Below, in pieces: positions 37,730 to 46,207 of a stretch of DNA of 64,000 bases. The stretch spans positions 1 to 64,000 of the forward strand of contig JALXBF010000105.1 in NCBI GenBank assembly GCA_026991575.1. The letters are read 5' to 3'. A model generated the notes under the pieces. The model ran no database searches. It was not told the origin of the DNA and was given only the letters and a program-made list of their open reading frames with translations. Source of the DNA: Planctomycetota bacterium (GTDB taxonomy: Bacteria; Planctomycetota; Planctomycetia; JALXBF01). The number at the start of each line of letters is the position of its first letter. The first letter of the stretch is position 1. The position numbers were made by a program, and so were the translations under genes.

Positions 37730-39613
37730 GTGCCCTCGTGCCGCACGGGCACAATGTGGTCGTGTCCAATCCCGGTCGGCGACCGTGCCGAACGTTCCGG
37801 CTGCGGCGGCTATCACGGACGCTATCTGGTGGTTGACCTTGCCAGGGCAGCCGTAATGGTGGGCCGGTTTGAGGAAGCGACGCTGCGTGCGGTGCTTGGC
37901 GGGGTTGGGCTGGGCACGGCGTTGCTAGCGGCGTGGTCTGAGCCGGGTCTGGATCCGCTTGCCCCCGACGCACCGGTCGTCATCGCGTTCAGCCCACTGG
38001 TGGGGGGGCCGTTTACGACCTCGGCCAAGTTTGCCGTCGTTGCCAAGAGCCCGCTGACCTATCGGCTCTGCGACGGCCTCTGTTCCTCGGCTTTCGCCCT
38101 GGCGGGTAAGCGAACCGGGTTCGATGCGATCGTGCTGCGTGGCACCGCGTCTGAGCCCGCCCTGCTGGTCATCACCGACACAGAAGTGCGGCTGGAAGCG
38201 GCCGGGCCGCTCTGGGGTCTGACAACCACGGTCACGGAACAAGCAGTCCGTGACCGCCTCGGGCCACGATACGAGGCGATGGTCATTGGCCCGGCCGGGG
38301 AACACCTGGTGCGGTTCGCCACGGTGCAGCATTCTGGCCGGCACGTGGGCCGAGGGGGGTTGGGGGCCGTTCTGGGCGCCAAACGGCTGAAAGCCATTGC
38401 GGTGGCCGGTGATGCGCGTTGTCGGATCGCCGATCCGGAAGCAGCCGGCCGGCTGGCCCGGCTGCTCACCGCACGCTCCCTGGGTCCTGCCACCGAGAAG
38501 TACCGGCTGGTCGGCACCACCGCCAACCTGGCCGTTCTGAACCGCCTGGCGGCCATGCCCGCGTACAGCTTCCGGAGCAGCCAGGTTGCGGAAGCGGATC
38601 GGCTGAGCGCCCCCTCGCTTCGCGCGGGTGCGTACGCAGAGCGGCGGAGTTGTGCGGCGTGCACGATCGGATGTGAACACCGTTACCGCACGCCCGAAGG
38701 GGGCGCCGTCCGTGTCGAGTACGAATCTCTGTTTGCGCTTGGTGCCGCGTGCGGCATCTGGGACAATGCGATCCTGCGTCGTGCTCTGGCCCGCTGTGAC
38801 GAACTCGGACTGGACACGATCTCCACCGGTGTCACGCTGGCGTTCGCCATGGAGTGCACTCGGCGAGGCTGGTTGGACAGTGGTTTTCGGTTTGGTGCAG
38901 CGGACCGGTTGGTTGACTGGATCGAAGAGATCGCCCACAGACGAGGGGCGGCCGGCGAGCTGCTAGCGGACGGGGTCCGGCAGCTGGCGCGACGCATCGG
39001 CCCAGAGGCCGAGCGACTCGCTCCGCACGTCAAGGGTCTGGAACTGCCCGGCTATGATCCGCGGGCTCTGCCGCTGATGGCCGTCGGGCTGGCGGTAACA
39101 CCGCGGGGCGCCGACCACAATCGGATGACAGCGTATGAGGCGGATCTGGCCCGGCGGGGGGACCGATTCCTGGCAACCGAGGCAGACGTGGTGCGACTGG
39201 TCGAGTTGGAACGGCGGGCCGCATTGCTCGACTCGCTCATTGTATGCAAGTTTCTGCGCAAGGCGTTGGAGCCGTTCTATGAGACAACCGCTCGGATGCT
39301 GGCCGTGACCACCGGCTGGCCGATCGACGCGGACGAACTGGTGGCTGCTGCGGAACGCATCGTTGGCCTGCGCCGCTGGTACAACGAGAGAGAAGGGTGG
39401 CGGCCCGAGGAAGACGATCTGCCAGCGCGCTTTTTTGAGGAGCCGCTCCAGACGGCCACCCTCGGGGAGCTGTGCCTGAGCCGTGCCCAGTTCCTCAGGC
39501 TGCGCGCCGCCTACTATAAAGCCCATGGTTGGGCCGACGACGGATCGCTTCCGCCTGAATGGCTCGACCGCTATCGCATCGGTGAGATCGTTTCCCGATT
39601 GCGGGGCAGGTAG
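37730..39613 (+). CDS. aor: Aldehyde:ferredoxin oxidoreductase family (W/Mo-pterin) enzyme
   Basis: AKSPLT, IGPAGE..VRFA, GRGGLGAVLGAKRLKAIAV, SCAACTIGC, EYES, CDELGLDTISTG, VKGLELPGYDPR, RGADH, IVCKF. Start could be ATG 37754. Confidence 0.92.
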   Translation: MPSCRTGTMWSCPIPVGDRAERSGCGGYHGRYLVVDLARAAVMVGRFEEATLRAVLGGVGLGTALLAAWSEPGLDPLAPDAPVVIAFSPLVGGPFTTSAKFAVVAKSPLTYRLCDGLCSSAFALAGKRTGFDAIVLRGTASEPALLVITDTEVRLEAAGPLWGLTTTVTEQAVRDRLGPRYEAMVIGPAGEHLVRFATVQHSGRHVGRGGLGAVLGAKRLKAIAVAGDARCRIADPEAAGRLARLLTARSLGPATEKYRLVGTTANLAVLNRLAAMPAYSFRSSQVAEADRLSAPSLRAGAYAERRSCAACTIGCEHRYRTPEGGAVRVEYESLFALGAACGIWDNAILRRALARCDELGLDTISTGVTLAFAMECTRRGWLDSGFRFGAADRLVDWIEEIAHRRGAAGELLADGVRQLARRIGPEAERLAPHVKGLELPGYDPRALPLMAVGLAVTPRGADHNRMTAYEADLARRGDRFLATEADVVRLVELERRAALLDSLIVCKFLRKALEPFYETTARMLAVTTGWPIDADELVAAAERIVGLRRWYNEREGWRPEEDDLPARFFEEPLQTATLGELCLSRAQFLRLRAAYYKAHGWADDGSLPPEWLDRYRIGEIVSRLRGR

Positions 39614-39616
39614 GTC

Positions 39617-40273
39617 GTGATGGCTAGCGATATCGACACGCTCAGGCACACGGCCGGAGGCGTCGTGCTCTGCGGTGGCCAGAGCCGGCGGATGGGCGCC
39701 CCAAAAGCCTGGCTACCCTTCGGCGAGGAAACGCTGCTGCAGCGTACGGTGCGCATCGTGGGCGAGGCGGTGGGCACTGTGGTCGTCGCGGCTGCTGCTG
39801 ACCAGCTTCTGCCCAAATTGCCCGCCTCGGTGCAGATCGTGCGTGATGAGCAACCGGGCCTGGGCCCCCTGCACGGCATCTTGCAGGGACTCCGTGCCTG
39901 CCGCGATCTTGCTCTGCAGCATGCGTTTGTCTGTTCCACCGACTTGCCGTTCCTAAGCCCATCGTTCGTGCGGTTCGTCCTAAGTCGAGTTGGTGACGCA
40001 GACGTGGCGGTCCCGTACACGGCAGGCAAGTGGCATCCGCTGGCGGCAGCGTATCGCGTGACGCTTGTGCCAGCGATCGAGCGTCTGTTGGCTAGCGGCG
40101 AACGCCGGCCGCGTGCGCTGTACGATCAGGTACGCACGGTCGTGCTGGCCGAAGAGCAATTGGAAGCGTGTCCCGGCGCGACGTTGTCGCTGGTCAACGT
40201 GAACACGATCCACGACTACGCGGACGCGCTGAGGCAGTTCTTGATGGAGCACGCTGGTCGCTCTGGTGGCTAG
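39617..40273 (+). CDS. mobA: Molybdenum cofactor guanylyltransferase
   Basis: VLCGGQSRRMG.PKAWL, GPLHGI, STDLPFL, HPLAAAY, NVNT. Confidence 0.92.
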   Translation: MMASDIDTLRHTAGGVVLCGGQSRRMGAPKAWLPFGEETLLQRTVRIVGEAVGTVVVAAAADQLLPKLPASVQIVRDEQPGLGPLHGILQGLRACRDLALQHAFVCSTDLPFLSPSFVRFVLSRVGDADVAVPYTAGKWHPLAAAYRVTLVPAIERLLASGERRPRALYDQVRTVVLAEEQLEACPGATLSLVNVNTIHDYADALRQFLMEHAGRSGG

Positions 40274-40294
40274 CCTGGACGGCCTGAGCCTCTG

Positions 40295-43200
40295 CTACTG
40301 GCGCCGCCATCCTAACGCCATCGAGCGCAACGACTGCTCGATCCGGCGCAGGTCCCACTCGGTCAGGTAATAGCCGCAGACCAGTAGACTGTGGCCGTCC
40401 GGTGAGAAACGTAGCTCAGAGACCGGACCGGAATAGCCGGTAGGCAGCCGGTACAGCAATTCGTTCTGTTCCGTTGCCCAGATCTCGACGCTGCCGTTCT
40501 CGTAGGCGACGGCAAGGCGGCGGCGGCCGGCGTCGACCGCCAGCGCCGTCACCGGGCCACTGCCCTGCGTCAGCGTCCTCTGTGTGCCATCCTGGACGTT
40601 GACGCGCAGGACGCGGCCGTCCCAGAGCCCGACGACGGCTTCTGCGTCCGAAAGCATAACGAGCCGAATAAGGCGGCGTGGGATCGAGACCGAACCGGTG
40701 GGGATCAGCCGGCCGTCGTGCACCCGGTAGGTCATCACCCGCGGCTGGGCCTGATCGTCGATGGCCGCCGCCACGGTCGACTCGTGGGCTGCGATGGCCA
40801 GGATCACCCCTCCTTCGACCCGCACCTCGTCCACAATGCCCGTCGCCTCTCCGCCGTAACGCCATGTCTCGAGCCGGTGAGCCAGGGCACGGACCAGGTA
40901 TCCCTCCGGCAGCAGGGCCATTCGACGCGATCCGTAGCGGACGGTGCGGCCGCGCGGGATGAGGCGCTTCGGCGGCTGGTGCTGACGGTAATCCCAGAGC
41001 CAGATCGATCCGTCACCGTTGAACCAGCAGACCCGACCGTCCGGACCGTACTGAACCAACCAACACCACAGCCACGCGCGTGGCGACTCACCGGGGCTGA
41101 ACTCCTCCAACACCGTCCTTCCGCTACGGTCCACGAGGGCAATCCGACCCATGCGGGATGCGACCACCAGGGTGCGGCCGTCGTCACTGTAGTCGGCTGA
41201 GATGAATGGGCCGGCCATGACGTTGTATTCGTGCACCACGCTGGCCGCGTCGAGCCGCCACTGAATCAGCCTGCCCTGAAACGATGCGGCAGCCAGGGTG
41301 CTGCCGTCCGGGTTGAAGCAGACGGACAGGGCCGGCGCGTTCAGCCCGCGCAGCGTCAGCAGTTCCTGACCGGAGGTCATGCGCCAAACGCGCACGCGGA
41401 GATCCAACAGGCTGGTGGTCACCAGCAGCTCCTGGTTTGGGCTGAACGCCAGGTTGTTGATTGGGCCCCGATGGCCACTGAGGACGTAGAGCGGTTCCTG
41501 GCGGTCCAGGCTCCAGACGGCCACGGTACCGTAGCGGCCCCCCACGGCAAGGAACCGTCCTGAGTGGTCCCAGCGGATTAGTCGCCGCCGCTCGGGAGCG
41601 ACGACCTGTCCCCACGGCGCCCCCTCGGCTTTCCCGGCACGGTAGTCCCAGATGGCAACGTTACCTTCCCGATCCAGCACCGTGAGCTGACGCTTCCGGT
41701 CCGGTCCCAATGTGATGGCATCGTAAGGGCCAAGCTCGAACTGGCGTACCAGCTCCAGCCCGCCTCGGGCAACGGCAAACAAGCCGACAACACCCGGCCT
41801 GGGCGCGGCGGCGATCACCTCCTCGGCACCGGGAACGATCAGCACGGTGCGAACCGCCTCAAACGTATCACTTAGCCCATATGTGTCACCGGTGCGGCTG
41901 TCCCACAGCTCCAGCAGCACCTTCTGCGGCCGGGGACGGCCGTCCTCCTGGTTTTCGGACCAGATGATGCGGCGAACGACGGCCAGCACGCTCCCATCGC
42001 TGCGGAATGCGGCATCGGCCACGCTGCCGTTGAGCGTCGCCAGTGGCTTGAGCTTCGGTGGCAGGGACGGCCCAACGTGGAGGATGGTGCCATCACGACG
42101 TTCCTCCGCCACCAGCAACTCATCGCCCCGTTCCGAGTAGCGCACCACTGTGGCGCGTCCCTCGAAGCTAGTCTCCGCCAGGCTGCATGCGTCCGCGGCG
42201 GCCATCGCGGCGACAGCCTCGTCGCGCAGCTCAGGCGAAAACCGCAGCGCGGCGGCCTGCCGCAACAGCTCCAGAGCTCTGGAGCGTCTGCCTGGTGAGC
42301 GTGTCGCGCGGGTGGCGCGCGCTTGCTGGTAGAGCGCTTGCCAGAGCCGATCCTGCGCGCGGCGACGCTCCTGCTCGGCCGTCTCAGCCGCCCGTTCTGC
42401 CGCCCGCTGCGCCGCGACCGCCTGATCACGCTCACGCTCCACACGCCGGTACGCTACTGCTGCTACCGTCGTGACACTTACAATCGCCGCCGCGATCACC
42501 GTCGCCAAGAGTGGCTGGCGGCGACACCAACGAACCAGCCGGCCGGCTGGCCCCAGGGGTCGCGCCACCGTCGGCTCCCAGCGTGCGAATCGTTCCAAGT
42601 CCTCGGCAAACTCGGCGGCCGACCGGTACCGCTGGTCGGGGTCCTTCGCCGTAGCCTTGCGGATGATTGCATCCAGATCGCGCGGCACGAACGGATTGAC
42701 TTCGCGGGGTGCCGGCGGCCGCTCAGAAACGATCGCCGCCAGGATGCTGAGCGTGTTGGGTCCGTCGATCATGGGCCGAAGCGTGGCCAGCTCATAGAGC
42801 GTCGCACCCAGCGAATAGATGTCCACGCGGTGGTCCAGCGTGCGCCCCTTGGGCAGCACCTGCTCGGGACTCATGTACTGGGGGGTACCGACCAGGTCGC
42901 GCGCAGCCGAGTGGTTCGAGTCGAACTGGAAGCCTTCCGTGCGGAGTGCCAGGCCGAAATCGCTGATCCACAGGATGCCCTGGGGATCCAGCAGCAGGTT
43001 GGACGGTTTGATGTCGCGATGGATCACCCCGCGCCGATGGGCGTAGTCCAGGGCGCGTGCCACCTGGGCAATGAGCTGGGCAATGGCCCGGTAGTAGGCT
43101 GTCGTTTGGATGCCCGCCAGAAGGTCGGGGAAAGCCTTCAGCCGCGTCAGAACCGAGCGACGCTTCTCTGGATCGGCCACCGGGGAGGCATCTTCTTCGA

Positions 43201-43819
43201 CGTCAGAAAGCGACTGCGCGTCGCCGATCGAACGGGTGCGTTGACTGCGCAGCTGCTCCGCCGCGCGCAGCGCATCGATGACGTCGTCGAGCGGATCGCC
43301 GTGAATGAGCTGCATCGCGTAGTAGCAGACACCGTCCGCTTCCCCCACGTCGAAGATCGGCACAATGTTGGTATGGTGCAGGTTGGCCGCCGTGCGTGCT
43401 TCGCGCAGGAACCGTCGCCGAGCCTGCTCCAACCGCACCGACGGTCCGGACAGGACTTTCAGCGCGACGAGCCGATCGAGTAGCAGATGGCGAGCTTCGT
43501 AGACGGTACCCATGCCACCGCGGCCCAGTTCACGCACGATCTGGTAGTCGGCGAACCGCTCTCCCGGCGCCAGCTCCGTGCGGTCACCGCTCGAGCCATC
43601 GCAGCTGCTGCGCACCATGCGAAGGAAATGCAGGCTGGCTGCGCAGGCGCGAATCTCGTCGGCCAGCTCCGGATACTGCCGGCACACGGCCTCGATGTCG
43701 ATCGGTTCGCCGGCATCCCACCGGGCCGCCAGATCCTCAAGGATCGCCGCCAGCGTCTCCTCCTTGAGCTCAGGCGAAGCCCGTTCTGCGTCATGTTCTG
43801 GCCGCGGCCAGTCGTTCAT
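40295..43819 (-). CDS. Membrane Hanks-type Ser/Thr protein kinase with a C-terminal WD40 propeller
   Basis: LGRGGMGTVY, VALKVL, HRDIKPSN, DFGLA, GTPQYMSPEQ; TM helix; WD40 repeats (GHRGPINNLAFSPN, FSPDG). Confidence 0.93.
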   Translation of the reverse strand: MNDWPRPEHDAERASPELKEETLAAILEDLAARWDAGEPIDIEAVCRQYPELADEIRACAASLHFLRMVRSSCDGSSGDRTELAPGERFADYQIVRELGRGGMGTVYEARHLLLDRLVALKVLSGPSVRLEQARRRFLREARTAANLHHTNIVPIFDVGEADGVCYYAMQLIHGDPLDDVIDALRAAEQLRSQRTRSIGDAQSLSDVEEDASPVADPEKRRSVLTRLKAFPDLLAGIQTTAYYRAIAQLIAQVARALDYAHRRGVIHRDIKPSNLLLDPQGILWISDFGLALRTEGFQFDSNHSAARDLVGTPQYMSPEQVLPKGRTLDHRVDIYSLGATLYELATLRPMIDGPNTLSILAAIVSERPPAPREVNPFVPRDLDAIIRKATAKDPDQRYRSAAEFAEDLERFARWEPTVARPLGPAGRLVRWCRRQPLLATVIAAAIVSVTTVAAVAYRRVERERDQAVAAQRAAERAAETAEQERRRAQDRLWQALYQQARATRATRSPGRRSRALELLRQAAALRFSPELRDEAVAAMAAADACSLAETSFEGRATVVRYSERGDELLVAEERRDGTILHVGPSLPPKLKPLATLNGSVADAAFRSDGSVLAVVRRIIWSENQEDGRPRPQKVLLELWDSRTGDTYGLSDTFEAVRTVLIVPGAEEVIAAAPRPGVVGLFAVARGGLELVRQFELGPYDAITLGPDRKRQLTVLDREGNVAIWDYRAGKAEGAPWGQVVAPERRRLIRWDHSGRFLAVGGRYGTVAVWSLDRQEPLYVLSGHRGPINNLAFSPNQELLVTTSLLDLRVRVWRMTSGQELLTLRGLNAPALSVCFNPDGSTLAAASFQGRLIQWRLDAASVVHEYNVMAGPFISADYSDDGRTLVVASRMGRIALVDRSGRTVLEEFSPGESPRAWLWCWLVQYGPDGRVCWFNGDGSIWLWDYRQHQPPKRLIPRGRTVRYGSRRMALLPEGYLVRALAHRLETWRYGGEATGIVDEVRVEGGVILAIAAHESTVAAAIDDQAQPRVMTYRVHDGRLIPTGSVSIPRRLIRLVMLSDAEAVVGLWDGRVLRVNVQDGTQRTLTQGSGPVTALAVDAGRRRLAVAYENGSVEIWATEQNELLYRLPTGYSGPVSELRFSPDGHSLLVCGYYLTEWDLRRIEQSLRSMALGWRRQ

Positions 43820-43958
43820 GATGACACCTCAGCCCACCGGCGCAACAAGGGCACGGTCCAACAGTATAGAGCGACAAGCGGTGCGCGCCAGAGCCGATCG
43901 CTGGACAGCGCTAGCCGTTTCCGGCACGCCTGATACGACCGCGCAAGCGAGGCCAACC

Positions 43959-44579
43959 TCAGAGCAGCTCCGGAAGGTGGTCGCGCAGCCGGCGCAAGGC
44001 TCGCACCCACAGGGCCCGCACAGCATTACGTCCCATGCCCAGCCGCTTGCCGATCGCTTCGAAGCTCATCTCTTCGATGTGCCGCATCCACACCACGTCA
44101 GCCTCGTCGTCCGGCAACTGCTCCAGCGCCTCGGCCAGTTTCAGCTGCAGCTCGCGGCGTGCCGCGGCCCGGCTCGGGCTGGTCTGATCTGCCGGGATCT
44201 CCGGGTACTCCCCTTTCTCCGTCGCGGCATCCAGCCGCTCGATGGCCACATTCTCGCCCGGATTCCGCTTGGCACGCGACAGGAACCGGGCCATGTCCAC
44301 CGCCTTACGCGCAACCAGCGTCCGCAGCCACGTCAGCAGCTCGTCCTCGTCCACACCGTGAAACTGCTGGAACCGGGAGCTGGCCACGAGCATGACTTCC
44401 TGCAGCACGTCGGCCGTCTCGTGGGCTCGGCGGAGCGCAGGCCCCATGTTCGTGCGTACCACGCGCTTCAGATAGGGCTCGTAGTACCGGAGCAACTCGC
44501 TCAAGGCCTCCCGGTCGCCGACCCGCGCACGGACAATAAGCTCCTGCACAGAGGTGGATAACTTCTTCCGCCTGCTCAA
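43959..44579 (-). CDS. ECF sigma-70 factor (kinase-associated type)
   Basis: GDREALSELL..Y, ADVLQE, WLRTL...KAVD, TSPS linker, ALEQLP...EEMSFEAIG..LG...AVR; directly upstream of the kinase. Confidence 0.9.
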   Translation of the reverse strand: MSRRKKLSTSVQELIVRARVGDREALSELLRYYEPYLKRVVRTNMGPALRRAHETADVLQEVMLVASSRFQQFHGVDEDELLTWLRTLVARKAVDMARFLSRAKRNPGENVAIERLDAATEKGEYPEIPADQTSPSRAAARRELQLKLAEALEQLPDDEADVVWMRHIEEMSFEAIGKRLGMGRNAVRALWVRALRRLRDHLPELL

Positions 44580-44748
44580 GGGCGTTCTCCCGCGTGCCGC
44601 GTGTCACCCTCGCTCTCATTGTAAGATACGCCGCGTGCGGAGCCGGGCAGGGCAAGAGCGGTCCCCGGACGGCTCGCTGTCACCGGGTCACACGCATAGG
44701 ATTCCTTCCGACGCCGAGCAGCCTGAGACCAGGGCAAGGACAAGTGCG

Positions 44749-46032
44749 ATGCTGGATTTGAGATTCGTTGTCGAACACGCCGACCTTGTGCGCGAAAACT
44801 GCAAGAACCGCCGCGTCGAAGCGGACGTGGACAAGGTCGTACGACTCTACCAGGAACGCAACCGGCTGCTACAACGGATCGAAGCGCTGCGAAAGGAACG
44901 CAACGAGGTGGCCAAGCAGACGTCGGCTGCTCGCGACGCCTCCGAACGGCAGCCGCTCATCGAGCGCGGCCGGGCCCTGAAAGCGGAAATCAGCCGGCTG
45001 GAAGAGCAGCTCAAGCAGCTCCAGGACGAGCTCACCGCCGAACTGAAACGCATCCCGAACCTCACCCACCCTGACGCCCCGGTTGGCGCAAGCGAGGAGG
45101 ATAACCGGGAGGTGCGACGCTGGGGTGAACCACGACGGTTCGACTTTGAGCCCAAGGATCATCTCGACCTGGCCGTCGCCCTAGACCTGGTCGACTTCGA
45201 GCGCGGCGCGAAAGTCGCCGGGCACAATTTCTACTACCTGAAGAACGAAGCTGTCCTCCTGGAAATGGCCCTCGAGCAGTACGCGATGCGTTTGCTGATC
45301 GATGAAGGCTTCGTGCCGGTCATCACGCCGGACCTGGCGCGCGACGAAGTGCTAGAGGGCGTCGGGTTCATCCCGCGCAGCGAAGCAACCCAGATCTACT
45401 CGATCGAAGGCATGGACCTGTCACTGATCGCCACAGCCGAGATCACCATCGCAGGCATGCACAAGGACGAGATCCTCAGCGACAGCCAGCTGCCGCTCCG
45501 CTACGTGGGACTGTCGCACTGCTTTCGGACCGAAAGCGGCGCGCATGGTCGGGCCACCCGCGGCCTGTACCGCGTGCACCAGTTCTCCAAGGTCGAGATG
45601 TTCGCGTTCACGCTCCCAGAGGACAGCGACGAGATGCTCGAGCAGCTCACCCGCTACCAGGAGCGAATTTTCCAGGGCCTGGGCATTCCGTACCGTGTCG
45701 TCGACACGTGCACCGGAGAACTAGGCGGGCCAGCGTACCGGAAGTACGACCTGGAAGCCTGGATGCCCGGCCGGGGTGAGGCCGGTGAGTATGCGGAAGT
45801 AACCAGCGCGTCGAACTGCACTGATTACCAAGCAAGACGGCTCAACATCCGCTTCCGCCGCGCGAACAAGAAAGGCACCGAGTTCGTCCACACGCTCAAC
45901 GGCACGGCCGTGGCCATTAGCCGTGCCCTCATCGTGATTCTGGAAAACTACCAGGAAGCCGACGGCAGTGTCCGGATTCCGGACGTGCTGGTGCCCTACA
46001 CCGGCTTTGACCGCATCACACCGAAAGAGTGA
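44749..46032 (+). CDS. serS: Serine--tRNA ligase
   Basis: MLDLRFV start, IPNLTHPD, LIATAE, CFRTESG, GLYRVHQFSKVE, KYDLEAWMPG, SNCTDYQARR, HTLNGT. Confidence 0.97.
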   Translation: MLDLRFVVEHADLVRENCKNRRVEADVDKVVRLYQERNRLLQRIEALRKERNEVAKQTSAARDASERQPLIERGRALKAEISRLEEQLKQLQDELTAELKRIPNLTHPDAPVGASEEDNREVRRWGEPRRFDFEPKDHLDLAVALDLVDFERGAKVAGHNFYYLKNEAVLLEMALEQYAMRLLIDEGFVPVITPDLARDEVLEGVGFIPRSEATQIYSIEGMDLSLIATAEITIAGMHKDEILSDSQLPLRYVGLSHCFRTESGAHGRATRGLYRVHQFSKVEMFAFTLPEDSDEMLEQLTRYQERIFQGLGIPYRVVDTCTGELGGPAYRKYDLEAWMPGRGEAGEYAEVTSASNCTDYQARRLNIRFRRANKKGTEFVHTLNGTAVAISRALIVILENYQEADGSVRIPDVLVPYTGFDRITPKE

Positions 46033-46207
46033 TCTTGCCCCCGTTTCGAGTGGGATAGCTCGCGGCAGTCGGAGCGGATCCACACGTACCCCCCTGGCAT
46101 CGGGCCAGCCTCGCGCCGGGCCCCTTACAGGGCGGCAACACCGATCCAGCCAGCGCGTCACCGGTCGCCGCTCTTGCGGGAGTCCTTCGCTTGACCGCCC
46201 TGCTCCG

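Noticed and set aside
44580..44748. T-box leader before serS (and before trpS)
   Set aside because: No T-box consensus or terminator/antiterminator seen; trpS is only 29 nt downstream of the M50 protease gene.
46128..46202. Inverted repeat cagggcggcaa / ttgaccgccctg between convergent serS and the NHL gene
   Set aside because: Large loop, no U-tract and no SRP or tRNA signature; at most a 3'-end stabilising structure.
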